Below, piece by piece: positions 23,773 to 33,408 of a stretch of DNA of 43,488 nt; the first letter of the stretch is position 1; each line of letters opens with the position of its first letter. The notes below the pieces were generated by a model, which saw nothing but the letters and a program-made list of their open reading frames with translations, was not told where the DNA came from and did not search any database. Source of the stretch: a virus. The DNA is taken from IMG/VR virus record IMGVR_UViG_3300037422_000481; one strand, 5' to 3'. Position numbers and translations under genes: made by a program.

Positions 23773-25247
23773 GACCTCTTCGTCTTGATGCGTTTCTGCT
23801 GCGCCGTCACCTTGCGCTGCAGGCGGCTTCCCTTCGGTTGCTTCGGCGGGTTCTCGATGAACTCGCGCAGCTGCTTGCGCTTCTCGGCCGGACTGAAGTC
23901 GCTGCGCTCTTCCGTGACGCTGCGTGGGCCCTCGGTCGTGCTCGTGCCGAGCCACCTTAGCTCCGGCTTCTCGGGTGCAGCCTCGCGCTCCGTGAAGTCG
24001 CGCTGCTGCCATGCGGCCGAGAGTTCCTGCTTCACGTCCTCCGGCAGAGCCTCGACGTCGGCGCGCTCGAGCACGGCCTTGACGGCCTGCACGACCTCTT
24101 CGGTGCCGCGCGCCGCGCGCACGACCTCGAGCAACTCCGCGCGCACCTCGGGCTCCAGCGGTCGCACGGTGCCGCCTGGCGCCTCGGGCGGGCCAGCCTC
24201 TTCGGGCTCGTCGAAACGCCCCGTCAGCGTGTAGCGCGCGAAGCGGTCGAGCAGCGCGGCTTGCTCGGCCTGCTTCATGAATATGAAGCCCTGGTCCTTC
24301 ATCAGATCGGAGAGCAGGCGCTTCCTCAGCTCGACTTCGTCGTGCTGGTTGGGCGAGAACATCAGCCCGGAGATCTCCGCGAGTGCCTTCTCCGGGTCGA
24401 CCACGCGCCAGTTCATGCCCCACTGCTCGAGCAGGAAGTTCGCTTTGGCTTGGCGCTGGCGCCACTCGCTCCCGGTGATGTTTAGGTAGGGCGGCGGAGC
24501 CGGCAGCGCGATCGCTTCGCTCGCGGACTGGTGGAAGCGCAGGAAGGTCGCCTGGACCGAGCGCTCGCGCGCGATCGTCGCGCGCTCTTCCATCAGGAAG
24601 CGCTCGAGCACGGCCGGGTTGACGTCCGGCCGGTTCTCGTCCTCGAGATCGGCCAGCATCTGCATGCCCTGCTCGGGCGAGAGCACGGGCTCCTCGCCGT
24701 TCGGGCCAGGCTGCATCGCGTCCTGGATCTGGCCACGCACCGCGGCCGTGCTCTTCTCGAGGCCGCGCTTGACCGCCTGCTGCTGCAGGAACTGCATCGC
24801 GTCGGCGCGGTCCTCGGGGGCCATCGTGGCCATGGCCTCGCGGATCCGCGCGTTCAAGCCCAGGATGGGAGCGATCGAGGCGGCGAAGATCTGCGGCACG
24901 TGGGCCGTGTTCGCAGCGGGCATGATCGACCCGGGCGCGCGTCCGCGGATCGCGTCCATGGCCCACATGTCGAAGTCGGTCTTCGCCTGGCGTTCGCGCA
25001 GCTCGCGCGCGCGGTCGTCCTGCTCGAAGCGGAAGCGCTCCTGGGCCTGCGTCAGCGCGGCCCGCTGCGTCTCGCCGGCACGCGCCTCCTGGCGGTCGAA
25101 GCGCGCTTCGCGCCGCAGCGCCAGGTCGTGCTCGCGCTCGCCCTCCTTCTTGCGCAGCTTGAAGAGCCGCTCGTCCTGCAGGAAGCCGGCGATGCCCTTG
25201 CCGGTCTCGCTGACGCCCTCGACGATGTCGGCGATGACGCTCGGCAG
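23769..25247 (-). CDS. Putative internal virion protein, 492 aa if started at CTG 25247 (399 aa from the first ATG at 24968).
   Basis: Track ORF 23769..24968. The 279 nt upstream are open in the same frame with near-uniform G/C third positions (LPSVIADIVEGVSETGKGIAGFLQDERLFKLRKKEGERE...). They contain no ATG, GTG or TTG. CTG 25247-25245 sits 7 nt after AAGGAG (25260-25255). Confidence 0.6.
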   Translation of the reverse strand: MPSVIADIVEGVSETGKGIAGFLQDERLFKLRKKEGEREHDLALRREARFDRQEARAGETQRAALTQAQERFRFEQDDRARELRERQAKTDFDMWAMDAIRGRAPGSIMPAANTAHVPQIFAASIAPILGLNARIREAMATMAPEDRADAMQFLQQQAVKRGLEKSTAAVRGQIQDAMQPGPNGEEPVLSPEQGMQMLADLEDENRPDVNPAVLERFLMEERATIARERSVQATFLRFHQSASEAIALPAPPPYLNITGSEWRQRQAKANFLLEQWGMNWRVVDPEKALAEISGLMFSPNQHDEVELRKRLLSDLMKDQGFIFMKQAEQAALLDRFARYTLTGRFDEPEEAGPPEAPGGTVRPLEPEVRAELLEVVRAARGTEEVVQAVKAVLERADVEALPEDVKQELSAAWQQRDFTEREAAPEKPELRWLGTSTTEGPRSVTEERSDFSPAEKRKQLREFIENPPKQPKGSRLQRKVTAQQKRIKTKRS

Positions 25248-25251
25248 GGGA

Positions 25252-25944
25252 CTACTCCTTGTCGCCGAACATGGCCATGATCAGCTGGAAGATCCCGCTC
25301 GCGTCGGTCCCGCCGCCAGCGCTCGGATCGGAACGCGCACCGGACATGAGCTCGAGCAGCGGGCTGTAGTGCGTCGCGCTCTCCTGCGCGAAACGCGCCT
25401 GGTAGAACTCGCCGAGATCCTGGAGGGCGTTCGCCTCGGCCGCGGCGAAGTGCGAGTAGAGCCCCGCGCGCTGCGCCGAGAAGGAGCTGAAGAGCTCGTC
25501 CATCTGCCGGTCGCTGGCCTCACGCACGCGTCGCTCGCTCGACTCCGCGATCGATGTGCTGCCAAGCCCGCGACTGGTCAGGCGCTGGCGCGTCGCACCG
25601 ATCTCTGAACGCTCGCGTTCGGCAACGCGGCGCTGCCCGGTGCGCAGGAGCCGCGACGTCTCCCCGAGAGCCTCGGCCTTGCCCTTTCGGATCGTCTCGA
25701 GCGCTTTCGTCTTCTCCGCGAGCGCAGAGCCGTAGAGCTGGTGTAGCCGACCCTGCTGCTTCCCGAGCACGATCTTGCCGCGCCGGCGTGACAGCCGGCG
25801 GTTCTTGTTCGCGGCGTGGGCCTTCGACGCAGAACCGCCGACCGAGCTGCCCAACGCAGCGATCGCGGCGATCAGGGCGGCGTAGGGACAGGTGAGCGCA
25901 GCCAACAGTGCAGCCAGGAAGAGCAGCGTCGTGTACCCACCCAT
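25252..25944 (-). CDS. Membrane-anchored putative internal virion protein, 230 aa.
   Basis: Track ORF. The N-terminus is hydrophobic (TTLLFLAALLAALTCPYAALIAAIAALG). ATG 25944 follows GGAGG and shares a base with the upstream TGA (TGATG). Confidence 0.65.
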   Translation of the reverse strand: MGGYTTLLFLAALLAALTCPYAALIAAIAALGSSVGGSASKAHAANKNRRLSRRRGKIVLGKQQGRLHQLYGSALAEKTKALETIRKGKAEALGETSRLLRTGQRRVAERERSEIGATRQRLTSRGLGSTSIAESSERRVREASDRQMDELFSSFSAQRAGLYSHFAAAEANALQDLGEFYQARFAQESATHYSPLLELMSGARSDPSAGGGTDASGIFQLIMAMFGDKE

Positions 25945-26357
25945 CAGACCTCCTTCACGTGCTGAGCACGCTTCAGGGCAAGCAACAGCTCGTCGAACCG
26001 CTGCACCACTTCGTTGACCTTGTCCTGGATCAGTTGCACCTGCGCCTGGGTCGGAGGACTCGAGATCGCCTGCGTCAGCTTGCCGCCCGTGGCGCGCACC
26101 GGATCAGCCAGCTTGAGAGCGAGGCGACGCGCTGCCGTGCTCAAGCCCGAGCCGGCCATCAGCGTGGCGAGCGCGGCGATGTCGACGACCAGGTGGTCCT
26201 CCTCGACAGCGAGCGGCATACCGATCAGGAGTTGCGCCTTGCCGCCACGAATCACGAGCGGCGCGACGAATGCCATGGAGCCGGCGCGCGCAGAGCGCGG
26301 GTCGTAGCCGCCCTGCTGCACGAGGGTCGTCCCTACCTTGGTTGCCTTGCGTGTCAT
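25944..26357 (-). CDS. Hypothetical protein, 137 aa.
   Basis: ATG 26357 overlaps the TGA of the large tail gene (ATGA). Internal start of track ORF 25944..27389. Confidence 0.6.
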   Translation of the reverse strand: MTRKATKVGTTLVQQGGYDPRSARAGSMAFVAPLVIRGGKAQLLIGMPLAVEEDHLVVDIAALATLMAGSGLSTAARRLALKLADPVRATGGKLTQAISSPPTQAQVQLIQDKVNEVVQRFDELLLALKRAQHVKEV

Positions 26358-29300
26358 CCCCAGAAGCTCCGATCTCGTACCCGCCCGGCGCGGTGCGCCC
26401 AATAGTTGCCGCTCACCAGCGCCCAGCGCTGCCCCACCGCGGCGTTGCCGAGACGGGCGTAGCAGTAGGCGCCGCGCACGCGCTCGAGGCGCGTCGCGTT
26501 GCGTCCCGGCTTCAGGCGCGCGAAGGTCTGCGCTTGGCCGATGCGGCTCGGCTCGTTGGTGCCGAAGAGCTCGAGCGTCGCGCCTCCGTCCGAAACGTCG
26601 TCGAGCACGAGCGTGAAGTGCCCGAAGCGGTACTCCCATTGGCTGTTCGCGCCCTCTGGCGCCAGCGGCCCGATCGTGACCGTGGACTTGATCGGGTTGC
26701 CGTCGTCGTCGTTTCGGTTGGGGTCGATCCTGCGCACGAAGCCGTCCTGGCAGCCGAGCACGACGCGCCTCTCCGCGATCGTGTTTCCCTCGAGCGCGTG
26801 CACGGAGGTGGGCTGAATCCCGAGCGTGTAGTGATCGGGATGCCAGGCGCCGAACTCCTCTTCCCAGAAGTAGTGCTCGATCTGGGTCGTGTGCACGCCG
26901 AACGGGATCACGATCACGTAGAGCCCGCCTTCCTCCTGGCTCCACTGCAAGCGCACGAAGTGGGTTTCGAAGTCGATCGCCCGCAACCGAGCCGGGATGT
27001 TCATGGAGAGCGCCTCGAAGCTCCCGTCCGTGCCGACGCGCGCCACCTCGGCCGTGGTGAGCATCACGTACGTGCGCCCGAACGGGTCGCGCGTCCAGGC
27101 GCGCCCGAACGCGATCCCGTACTGTGAGCTGAGAACGTCGATCTGTCCGTCCGCCGCCGGATCGCCGACCACCTTGTGGATCGAGGTCGTCGTGCCGATC
27201 AGCGCGAAGTCGTCGGTGAGCGGAATGAAGGCGTTGATCGGTTCCGCGATCGCGCCGATGAAGTCGGCCTGGGCTCCGTTGATGCTCGCGATCACGCTGT
27301 CCTCGGGCGGCGCGTCGTCCCAGTCGAAGGGATCGTCCTTCGCGCTGGCGTACCAGATCTGCGGGTTGGATGGATCGCCGAAGGCCCACAGGCGCCCGCG
27401 CCAGAGCTCGAACACGCGCAAGCGCGGGGGCAGCACGCCCTTCTTCGTCTCGAACTTCGTGACCGTGTCGGTCTCGGCGTCATAGACCGCGTACTTGTCG
27501 CCGTCGCTCCAGAAGATCTTCCCGAAGCCCGCCGCCGCGGTGACGAAGCGCGCACTCGAGGAGAGCGCGCCCGCGCCGCCGGTGGGCGTGACCGCCGGCC
27601 CACCCTCGACCAGGCGCACGATGTTGCCGCCTGCAGCTCCAAGCCAGATCGGAACGCGCGGCACGTCCGTGTTGTGCGTGGTCGAGACGAGCTTGACTTT
27701 CTGCAAACAGAGCGTGGTCGTCGAGAGTCCGTCGATGCTCGTGACATCGAGCCCGACGTAGACGAACTCGCTGCGCAAGGCGGTGACCGCGATCTCGGCC
27801 TCGGGGTACTTGGGCGCATTCGGAGCGGGCGCGATCGCGAAGGCGGGGAACGACGCCCCGACCGTGGCGGCGCTCAAGACCTCGAGCAGGTTCGAGCCAA
27901 GCCGGAAGATCGCGAAGGTCGCCCCGAGCGAGGTCGAGTCAGACTTGACCGGAACGTAGAGCGTCTGGAAGTGGTCGACCGCGATGCGCGGGAACTGGTC
28001 GGCCAGGTCATAGGCCGTCCCGAAGGACGCAGTGCCGGCGTTGCTGAGCGCGACCCCGTTGTCGTTGAGCCAGCGCACGTCGGCCACGCCAGGAGCTGGC
28101 GGACCGCAACAGGCGACCACGTGCGGGATCAAGTCACTCGTGTCAAACACCGACTTCGGGAGCGTCGCGATGCCGTAGCCGATGCCTCCCACGTCCGTCA
28201 GCACGATCGAGAGCGCGTTGGTCTGGGCGTCCCACTTGGCGACGATCCCGTCGACGTCGAGCAGTTTGTTCGGGTCCGCGTTGAATGCCCCAGGCCCAGG
28301 GCCGTTGCTGCCGGCCCAGGGCACCTGAAAGCGGCGCAGCGCTGTGGCGCCGTCGCCGTAGGGGTGCACGAAGTTCGAGTCGGTGTCCCCGACCTCGTTG
28401 CCACGCTTGTAGGTCGCGCCGTCATCGAGCAGGTGCCCGATGCCCCAGCGGCGCGCGACCACGGCCTCGAGCTGCTCCATGATCGAGTCGCTGCTGCCGG
28501 ACCAGGCCGTGTCCGGGTACTGGTAGGCAACACCGGTCGTGTGGTCGCTGAAGAGTCCCGACGTCGTCGGGGCCGCGCGGTCGCGCAGCTCGAGCACGAT
28601 GATCTCGTGCACGTAGCCCTTGAAGTAGTTCCAGGTCGTCTGGTCGTCGCAGCGTCCGATCTTGCCGGCCTTCGCGCTCTCGATCGGGCGCGCGTTCCAC
28701 TTGTCGATGGGACAGCCGTTCCAGCGGAAGAGCGAGCTCTCGCCGCCCCCCCCGGCGACGATCGCGTGCTGCCCTGCGCACACGTACGTGAGCACGCCCG
28801 AGGCCGGGGCGAGCCCCGCGCCACCCGCGCCGGAGTGCGTCTTGACGTCGTAGATCGCGGCCTCGATGTCAGAAGGCGCCGTGCCACCCGCGCCGGAGAG
28901 GGCATCCTCGTTGATCGAAATGTGCCCCTTCGTCGCGGCCCCGGGCACGGCGCCGTCAGGCCTGTTCGCGATGATGGCCCGGTCGAAGGCGAGCTGGTTC
29001 GTCTGCGCCAGCGTGTTCTCCTGGTCCTGCCACAGGAGGCAGCCCATCGTCGCCGATGGCTCGGGCGTCACCACCATGATCACGGCGAAGGCCGCGCCCT
29101 GGTAGCCGGGCAAGAGCGAGAGCTGCTGGTCCGCGAAGGCGGCCGTGACCCCGGGGTTCGCCAGCGACACAAGCGCGTTGTCGATCCCGTCGAAGTAGAT
29201 CGCCGGCTTGCCCGCCAAGGGTCCGCGCTTGTGGTAGTGCGGCGAGCTGTTGCCCAGGCTCTCGTCGCCGTACAGGTGGCGCCGGATGCCGAGCGGCTTG

Positions 29301-30280
29301 AAGTCCGCGCAGAGAGACACGCGCAGATCTGCCGGCTCTCCGACCAGGTGCTCTTCGGCCAGCTTGTCGGCCCGGAACCACGACCAGAGCTTGATGTCGC
29401 CGTTGCGTTCGTAGTCGTCGACGTCGAAGCCACGATTGACGTTCTTCGTGTTCTGGTTGGGGATAAGGCCGCGGTTCGCAAAGGGCGGGTGGGTCGTGAA
29501 GATCGAGCCGTTCACGTCGATCGCGAGCGCGCGCGACGGGTAGGGCACGCTGAAGATGCGCTGCTCGATCGGGTTGACCGCCTCGACCACGTCGTAGACC
29601 ACACAGTAGGAGAACTGGAACTCGGGGTCGTCTTGGGTCGTGTAGAGGCGCCCGTCGTGCCAGCGCATGTGCGTGACGAACCGGCCTGGCTTGATCACCC
29701 ATTGCAAGTCGTAGACGAGGCGTCCGTCTTCCTCGAGCCCTGGCACCCACGACGCGATCAAGGCCGAGCGCGGGTCTCCACCCTCGGCGACGCCGACGAA
29801 GACCTGGCGCGCGCTCGAGAGCTCGAGCGTGCGGATGATGCCGTTCCGGTCGTCAAGCGGGATGCTGACGGAGAGCGTGCGCTTGCCGTCGGGCGTGTAG
29901 AGCGACCAGGCCGTGTTGCCGTCGAGCGCGTAGACGTTGCCACGCGCGTCGCACTTCAGGTCCCGGCAGCCGAGCTTCTGGCTAGGAACCGCGACGGACC
30001 ACTCGCTCGTGTTGTTCGGGTTCGCGATGGTCGCGAACGTGACCTGCTTCTTCGCCTGCACGATCGAAGCGATCTCATTGACGGGGGCCGCGGCGAGCGC
30101 GGTCGTGCCGACCTTGCTCTGCCCGGAGCGCTGCCCGCCGGTCGCGCGCCGCGTCAGCGGATGCTTGCCGCGCACGTCGCCGCCCTCGCGGTAGGTGAGC
30201 GGCGGCTGGTGCGCGAGCGAGAAGCGCTCGGAGAGCCCGCCGAATGGGAACGTGAGCGGCTGGGTGTCGCTGATGCTCAC
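26354..30280 (-). CDS. Large tail protein, 1,308 aa, in the position of a podovirus tubular-tail/nozzle protein. It has an inserted LamG/concanavalin-like segment.
   Basis: Track ORF 26354..30298. GTG 30280 overlaps the TGA of a 32-codon ORF (GTGA). The central stretch KPAIYFDGIDNALVSL...FAVIMVVTPEP...LLWQD...GHISINEDAL...FKGYVHEIIVLE follows the LamG-type jelly-roll pattern. Confidence 0.6.
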   Translation of the reverse strand: MSISDTQPLTFPFGGLSERFSLAHQPPLTYREGGDVRGKHPLTRRATGGQRSGQSKVGTTALAAAPVNEIASIVQAKKQVTFATIANPNNTSEWSVAVPSQKLGCRDLKCDARGNVYALDGNTAWSLYTPDGKRTLSVSIPLDDRNGIIRTLELSSARQVFVGVAEGGDPRSALIASWVPGLEEDGRLVYDLQWVIKPGRFVTHMRWHDGRLYTTQDDPEFQFSYCVVYDVVEAVNPIEQRIFSVPYPSRALAIDVNGSIFTTHPPFANRGLIPNQNTKNVNRGFDVDDYERNGDIKLWSWFRADKLAEEHLVGEPADLRVSLCADFKPLGIRRHLYGDESLGNSSPHYHKRGPLAGKPAIYFDGIDNALVSLANPGVTAAFADQQLSLLPGYQGAAFAVIMVVTPEPSATMGCLLWQDQENTLAQTNQLAFDRAIIANRPDGAVPGAATKGHISINEDALSGAGGTAPSDIEAAIYDVKTHSGAGGAGLAPASGVLTYVCAGQHAIVAGGGGESSLFRWNGCPIDKWNARPIESAKAGKIGRCDDQTTWNYFKGYVHEIIVLELRDRAAPTTSGLFSDHTTGVAYQYPDTAWSGSSDSIMEQLEAVVARRWGIGHLLDDGATYKRGNEVGDTDSNFVHPYGDGATALRRFQVPWAGSNGPGPGAFNADPNKLLDVDGIVAKWDAQTNALSIVLTDVGGIGYGIATLPKSVFDTSDLIPHVVACCGPPAPGVADVRWLNDNGVALSNAGTASFGTAYDLADQFPRIAVDHFQTLYVPVKSDSTSLGATFAIFRLGSNLLEVLSAATVGASFPAFAIAPAPNAPKYPEAEIAVTALRSEFVYVGLDVTSIDGLSTTTLCLQKVKLVSTTHNTDVPRVPIWLGAAGGNIVRLVEGGPAVTPTGGAGALSSSARFVTAAAGFGKIFWSDGDKYAVYDAETDTVTKFETKKGVLPPRLRVFELWRGRLWAFGDPSNPQIWYASAKDDPFDWDDAPPEDSVIASINGAQADFIGAIAEPINAFIPLTDDFALIGTTTSIHKVVGDPAADGQIDVLSSQYGIAFGRAWTRDPFGRTYVMLTTAEVARVGTDGSFEALSMNIPARLRAIDFETHFVRLQWSQEEGGLYVIVIPFGVHTTQIEHYFWEEEFGAWHPDHYTLGIQPTSVHALEGNTIAERRVVLGCQDGFVRRIDPNRNDDDGNPIKSTVTIGPLAPEGANSQWEYRFGHFTLVLDDVSDGGATLELFGTNEPSRIGQAQTFARLKPGRNATRLERVRGAYCYARLGNAAVGQRWALVSGNYWAHRAGRVRDRSFWG

Positions 30281-30375
30281 TCGCGCACCTTCCACCATAG
30301 GCCGTTCACGAGCTCGACCCGCCCGATGACTCGGCGCTTCTCCACGTCGACGCCTAGGTTCGGCTCTTCGCTCAC
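30277..30375 (-). CDS. Micro-ORF, 32 aa (VSEEPNLGVDVEKRRVIGRVELVNGLWWKVRE).
   Basis: Bounded by GTGA overlaps at both ends (30375/30372 and 30280/30277). Lies in the frame of track ORF 30277..30588. Confidence 0.4.
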   Translation of the reverse strand: MSEEPNLGVDVEKRRVIGRVELVNGLWWKVRE

Positions 30376-31754
30376 GAGTCCTCCGGACCGGCGACGGTCG
30401 TGCCCGAGCCCCAGTCGTGCGTGTACCTCGAGCCGCCCACGGCTCCGTTTCGGATCCGCCCGTACTCTGGCTGCACGTCGGCGTCGCGCTCGATGGCGGA
30501 CTCCAGGAAGACGTTCCCGCGGCCCATCAGCGCGCCGATTCGCTCGGTGAGGTACGCCAGGTCCTCCTCCTCGAAGCCGCGCGCCCACTGCACGAGCAGC
30601 TCCTGGAAGTAGGAGTTGAGGTAGGCCGGGATCGAGATCACGTCACGCTCGCTCTCCACGTGCGGCCAGCCTCCGCGGTAGACGAAGCTGATGGGGCCGG
30701 TCAGATCGTCGGTCTCCGGAATGGGCGAGATCTCGAGCACGGGGACCGGCTCGCCGCCGGAGATGATCTCGGCCCCGGGCACCGGGACGTACGGCGTCGG
30801 GTCGCTTGGCACGACCGTGGAACTCGCGGCAGGCAGCACGGCCTCGAGCTGCGGATCGGCGACGAAGAGCGCCTTCGTGGCCTCGCCGAGGTCCGAAGCG
30901 ATCACCTCGAGCGCCATGGTCAGCTTGCCGTCGTCGGCGGTCTGCAGGTACGTCACGTCGACCCAGGCGCGCACCCATCCGTCCGAGCGGCGCTCGAGCC
31001 CGAAGGTGTGCACGCCCGCGCCAGCGCTCACGGGAGCCACTGTGCGCAGGGCGGCCGTGAATGTGGCCCACGTGATGTCGATGATCGTGCGCAGTGCCCC
31101 GGCACTCGAGGTGAGCTGCAGCGTGCTTCGGGTGGGCAGGGCGGCGCCGTCGGCCTTGAGCAGGATGGATGCGCGGTAGACCACTGAACGCGTGAGGCGG
31201 TGTGCAGAGACGGTCTGCTTGACCTGGTTGCCGGCGGCCGCGGCCTCGACACGGGTCGTCGTGACCTCGCCCGTGGCGGGATGCGGAGGATGGCCGGCCA
31301 CGCCCTTCGCGAGCACGTGCGCGCCCACCGTGAACCAAGTCGGGCCTCCCGCGGCGGCCTCGACCAGCGCCTCGGTCTCGAACAGGAGATTCGGCGCCGG
31401 GCGGGGCAAGTGCGCGAGTGCGATGTGGCGGTTGAAGGTGTCCGGAGCGCTGCTGTCGCGCTCGTCGAGTAGGTGTCCCCAAGAGGTCCAGTCGACCGAG
31501 TGCAGGATCTCGGCGGGACTCACCGCGATGATGTCGCGCAGCTCGTGCGGGAAGCGCAGCGGCAGCGTCACGTACGGTATGCCCTTGAAGAGGTTCACGT
31601 CGACCTGCTGGCGTGTCAGCCAGTTCCATGGATGCACCGTGACCAGGAACTCGCCGCACTCGTTGATGATGTCGAGCACGCTGGCGCTCGGCATCTCGCT
31701 TGCCCCGAGCGTGCGCAGGATCCTCTCCTTGGCCTTGATCACCGGGAAGGCCAT
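30372..31754 (-). CDS. Tail/adaptor structural protein, 460 aa, in the position of a podovirus tail tubular protein A or adaptor.
   Basis: ATG 31754 (MAFPVIKAKERIL...) lies 2 nt after the upstream stop. Internal start of track ORF 30372..32363. Confidence 0.55.
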   Translation of the reverse strand: MAFPVIKAKERILRTLGASEMPSASVLDIINECGEFLVTVHPWNWLTRQQVDVNLFKGIPYVTLPLRFPHELRDIIAVSPAEILHSVDWTSWGHLLDERDSSAPDTFNRHIALAHLPRPAPNLLFETEALVEAAAGGPTWFTVGAHVLAKGVAGHPPHPATGEVTTTRVEAAAAGNQVKQTVSAHRLTRSVVYRASILLKADGAALPTRSTLQLTSSAGALRTIIDITWATFTAALRTVAPVSAGAGVHTFGLERRSDGWVRAWVDVTYLQTADDGKLTMALEVIASDLGEATKALFVADPQLEAVLPAASSTVVPSDPTPYVPVPGAEIISGGEPVPVLEISPIPETDDLTGPISFVYRGGWPHVESERDVISIPAYLNSYFQELLVQWARGFEEEDLAYLTERIGALMGRGNVFLESAIERDADVQPEYGRIRNGAVGGSRYTHDWGSGTTVAGPEDS

Positions 31755-31756
31755 CG

Positions 31757-32266
31757 TCACACCTTGGCCCAGTTGTGCCAGCCGTTGAAGAGCACGCGCA
31801 CGAGGCCGGCGCCGACGCGCGCCTGCTGCGCGATCGCGATCACCTTGCTGGCGGTATTGAGGTTCGCGGCGCCGGCCTGCAATTCGACGGCCAGGTCCAC
31901 GTCGATCATCATCGGATCCCCCACGGCGCACCCGAGCGCGTCCACCGACGCCAGGAGATCGCTGCCCCACATGCAGGCCATGCCCTCGCGGTCGTCCTCG
32001 ATCTCCTCCATGATCAGGACGTGCGGCGCATAGGCCTGCCCGCCCAAGCCCCCGGCCGCCTCGAAGTTGGGACGCACCACGTTGACCCAGCACGAGGCTC
32101 GGTCGCCGAAGTTGTCGTTCGTCGTCTCGGGCGCACTCCTTCTGATGTCGAACATCGCGACGTTGCCGCGCTGGAGCGTGATGCCGCTGCGATTGATCAC
32201 GCGCACCAGCTTCGTGGTGAAGGCGAGCCCGCGCTCGGGCAGGGTGTCCGGGATCCACTCGCTCAT
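31757..32266 (-). CDS. Decoration-like paralogue 4, 169 aa.
   Basis: ATG 32266 follows GGAGAAAG. It shares the N-terminal (IPDTLPERGLAFTTKLVRVINRSG...GNVAMFD) and C-terminal (...KVIAIAQQARVGAGLVRVLFNGW) patterns with 32400-32885 and 32885-33382. Confidence 0.6.
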   Translation of the reverse strand: MSEWIPDTLPERGLAFTTKLVRVINRSGITLQRGNVAMFDIRRSAPETTNDNFGDRASCWVNVVRPNFEAAGGLGGQAYAPHVLIMEEIEDDREGMACMWGSDLLASVDALGCAVGDPMMIDVDLAVELQAGAANLNTASKVIAIAQQARVGAGLVRVLFNGWHNWAKV

Positions 32267-32397
32267 GCCGTCTTTCTCCAGCACTCGAGCGCGTCCATGG
32301 CCGTGACCTTGCAGACTTCCTCCACGGATTCCCTGGTGGCGTGAGCACAGACCCGCAGCGCACACCAGTAGACGAGTTCGCGCGGAAGCAACCACAT
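32263..32397 (-). CDS. Cys-rich micro-ORF, 44 aa (MWLLPRELVYWCALRVCAHATRESVEEVCKVTAMDALECWRKTA).
   Basis: ATG 32397 lies 2 nt after the upstream stop. Its TGA overlaps the ATG of paralogue 4 (ATGA). Internal start of track ORF 32263..32493. Confidence 0.35.
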   Translation of the reverse strand: MWLLPRELVYWCALRVCAHATRESVEEVCKVTAMDALECWRKTA

Positions 32398-32399
32398 GG

Positions 32400-32885
32400 T
32401 CAGCCCTTCCCGATTCCGTAGACGCCGTTCCAGTAGAGCTCGAGCAGACCACTCGGCGGCGGCGGAGCGATGCCGAAAGCGAAGCCGCAGCACTTCGCGG
32501 CGGCCGCGAAGCCGAGGCCATCCAGCGCGACGCTCGAGCCGTTGGGCCCGAGCGACGAACCGAAGGCGATTGGCTCCTGGGCGACGGCATAGCGTCCGGG
32601 CGCGTTGCCCCAGAGCAGGCCGAGCCCTTCTCGCCCGTCTGCCACGTCCTCAAGTAGGAGCGCGTAGAGCCCGAACCCGTCGCGCGCCGAGTTGGGGGTG
32701 ATGCAGACGTAGAAGGCGCTGGCAGGGTCGCCGAACTTGAAGTTCGTCGCGACCGTCAGAGCGAGGTCGAACATCAGGCACTGGCCACGCAAGCGGTCGC
32801 CACCCGAGCGGTTCAGGACCCGGCAGACCTTCTGCGTGAAGGCGATGCCGAGCGAAGGCAGCGCACTCGGGATGCACTCGCCCAT
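32400..32885 (-). CDS. Decoration-like paralogue 3, 161 aa.
   Basis: Track ORF. ATG 32885 follows GGGAGGA and shares a base with the upstream TGA. It carries the paralogue motifs IPSALPSLGIAFTQKVCRVLNRSG...CLMFD...NFKFGDPAS...LELYWNGVYGIGKG. Confidence 0.65.
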   Translation of the reverse strand: MGECIPSALPSLGIAFTQKVCRVLNRSGGDRLRGQCLMFDLALTVATNFKFGDPASAFYVCITPNSARDGFGLYALLLEDVADGREGLGLLWGNAPGRYAVAQEPIAFGSSLGPNGSSVALDGLGFAAAAKCCGFAFGIAPPPPSGLLELYWNGVYGIGKG

Positions 32886-33382
32886 CAGGGTCCTCCCTTC
32901 CCGAATCCGTGGAAGCCGTCGAACGTGACCCAGCAGAGGCCCGCTCCCGCGACGATCTCTTGCGCGATCGCGAGCACCTTGGCGCCGCCCAGGGGCGTGA
33001 CGTCAAGAGACAGGGCGTCGTTCGTTTGTGTGCAGCCGAGCGGCTGCCCGTAGATCGTGGCGCCATCCACCCGCGCGCGCACGCGCGGATGCCACAGCCA
33101 CGCTGCTCCGAACTCGTTCACGGCGATGAACTCCGCGATCACGCAAGCGAGGGCGTAGCCGTCGACCGCCGACGCAACACCAGGCCCGCGCACGGCGACC
33201 AAGGTCGAAGCGGGATCGCCGACGGCGAAGTTCGTGATTCCTGGGGCTGTGCCGCCGAAGTGCACGAACATGGTCACATCACCGAAGACGAGCGGCGCCG
33301 CGGTCGCGTTGCGCACGCGGATCTGCTTCTTGGTGAGCGTCAGGCCGAGCCCGGGGAACACATCCGCCACGAAGTCGCCCAT
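32885..33382 (-). CDS. Decoration-like paralogue 2, 165 aa.
   Basis: Track ORF. It carries the motifs FPGLGLTLTKKQIRVRNATA...VTMFV...NFAVGDPAS...KVLAIAQEIVAGAGLCWVTFDGFHGFGKG. Confidence 0.65.
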   Translation of the reverse strand: MGDFVADVFPGLGLTLTKKQIRVRNATAAPLVFGDVTMFVHFGGTAPGITNFAVGDPASTLVAVRGPGVASAVDGYALACVIAEFIAVNEFGAAWLWHPRVRARVDGATIYGQPLGCTQTNDALSLDVTPLGGAKVLAIAQEIVAGAGLCWVTFDGFHGFGKGGP

Positions 33383-33408
33383 CTCTGGATTCTTCTGTCA
33401 GGGGAGCT

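Noticed and set aside
23773-24966. N-terminal 398 codons of track ORF 16573..24966, which would make the giant protein 2,797 aa.
   Set aside because: The translation here is Arg/Gly/Ala junk. The same bases encode gene 23769-25247 in another frame with good composition. The giant gene has an ATGA-coupled ATG at 23772.
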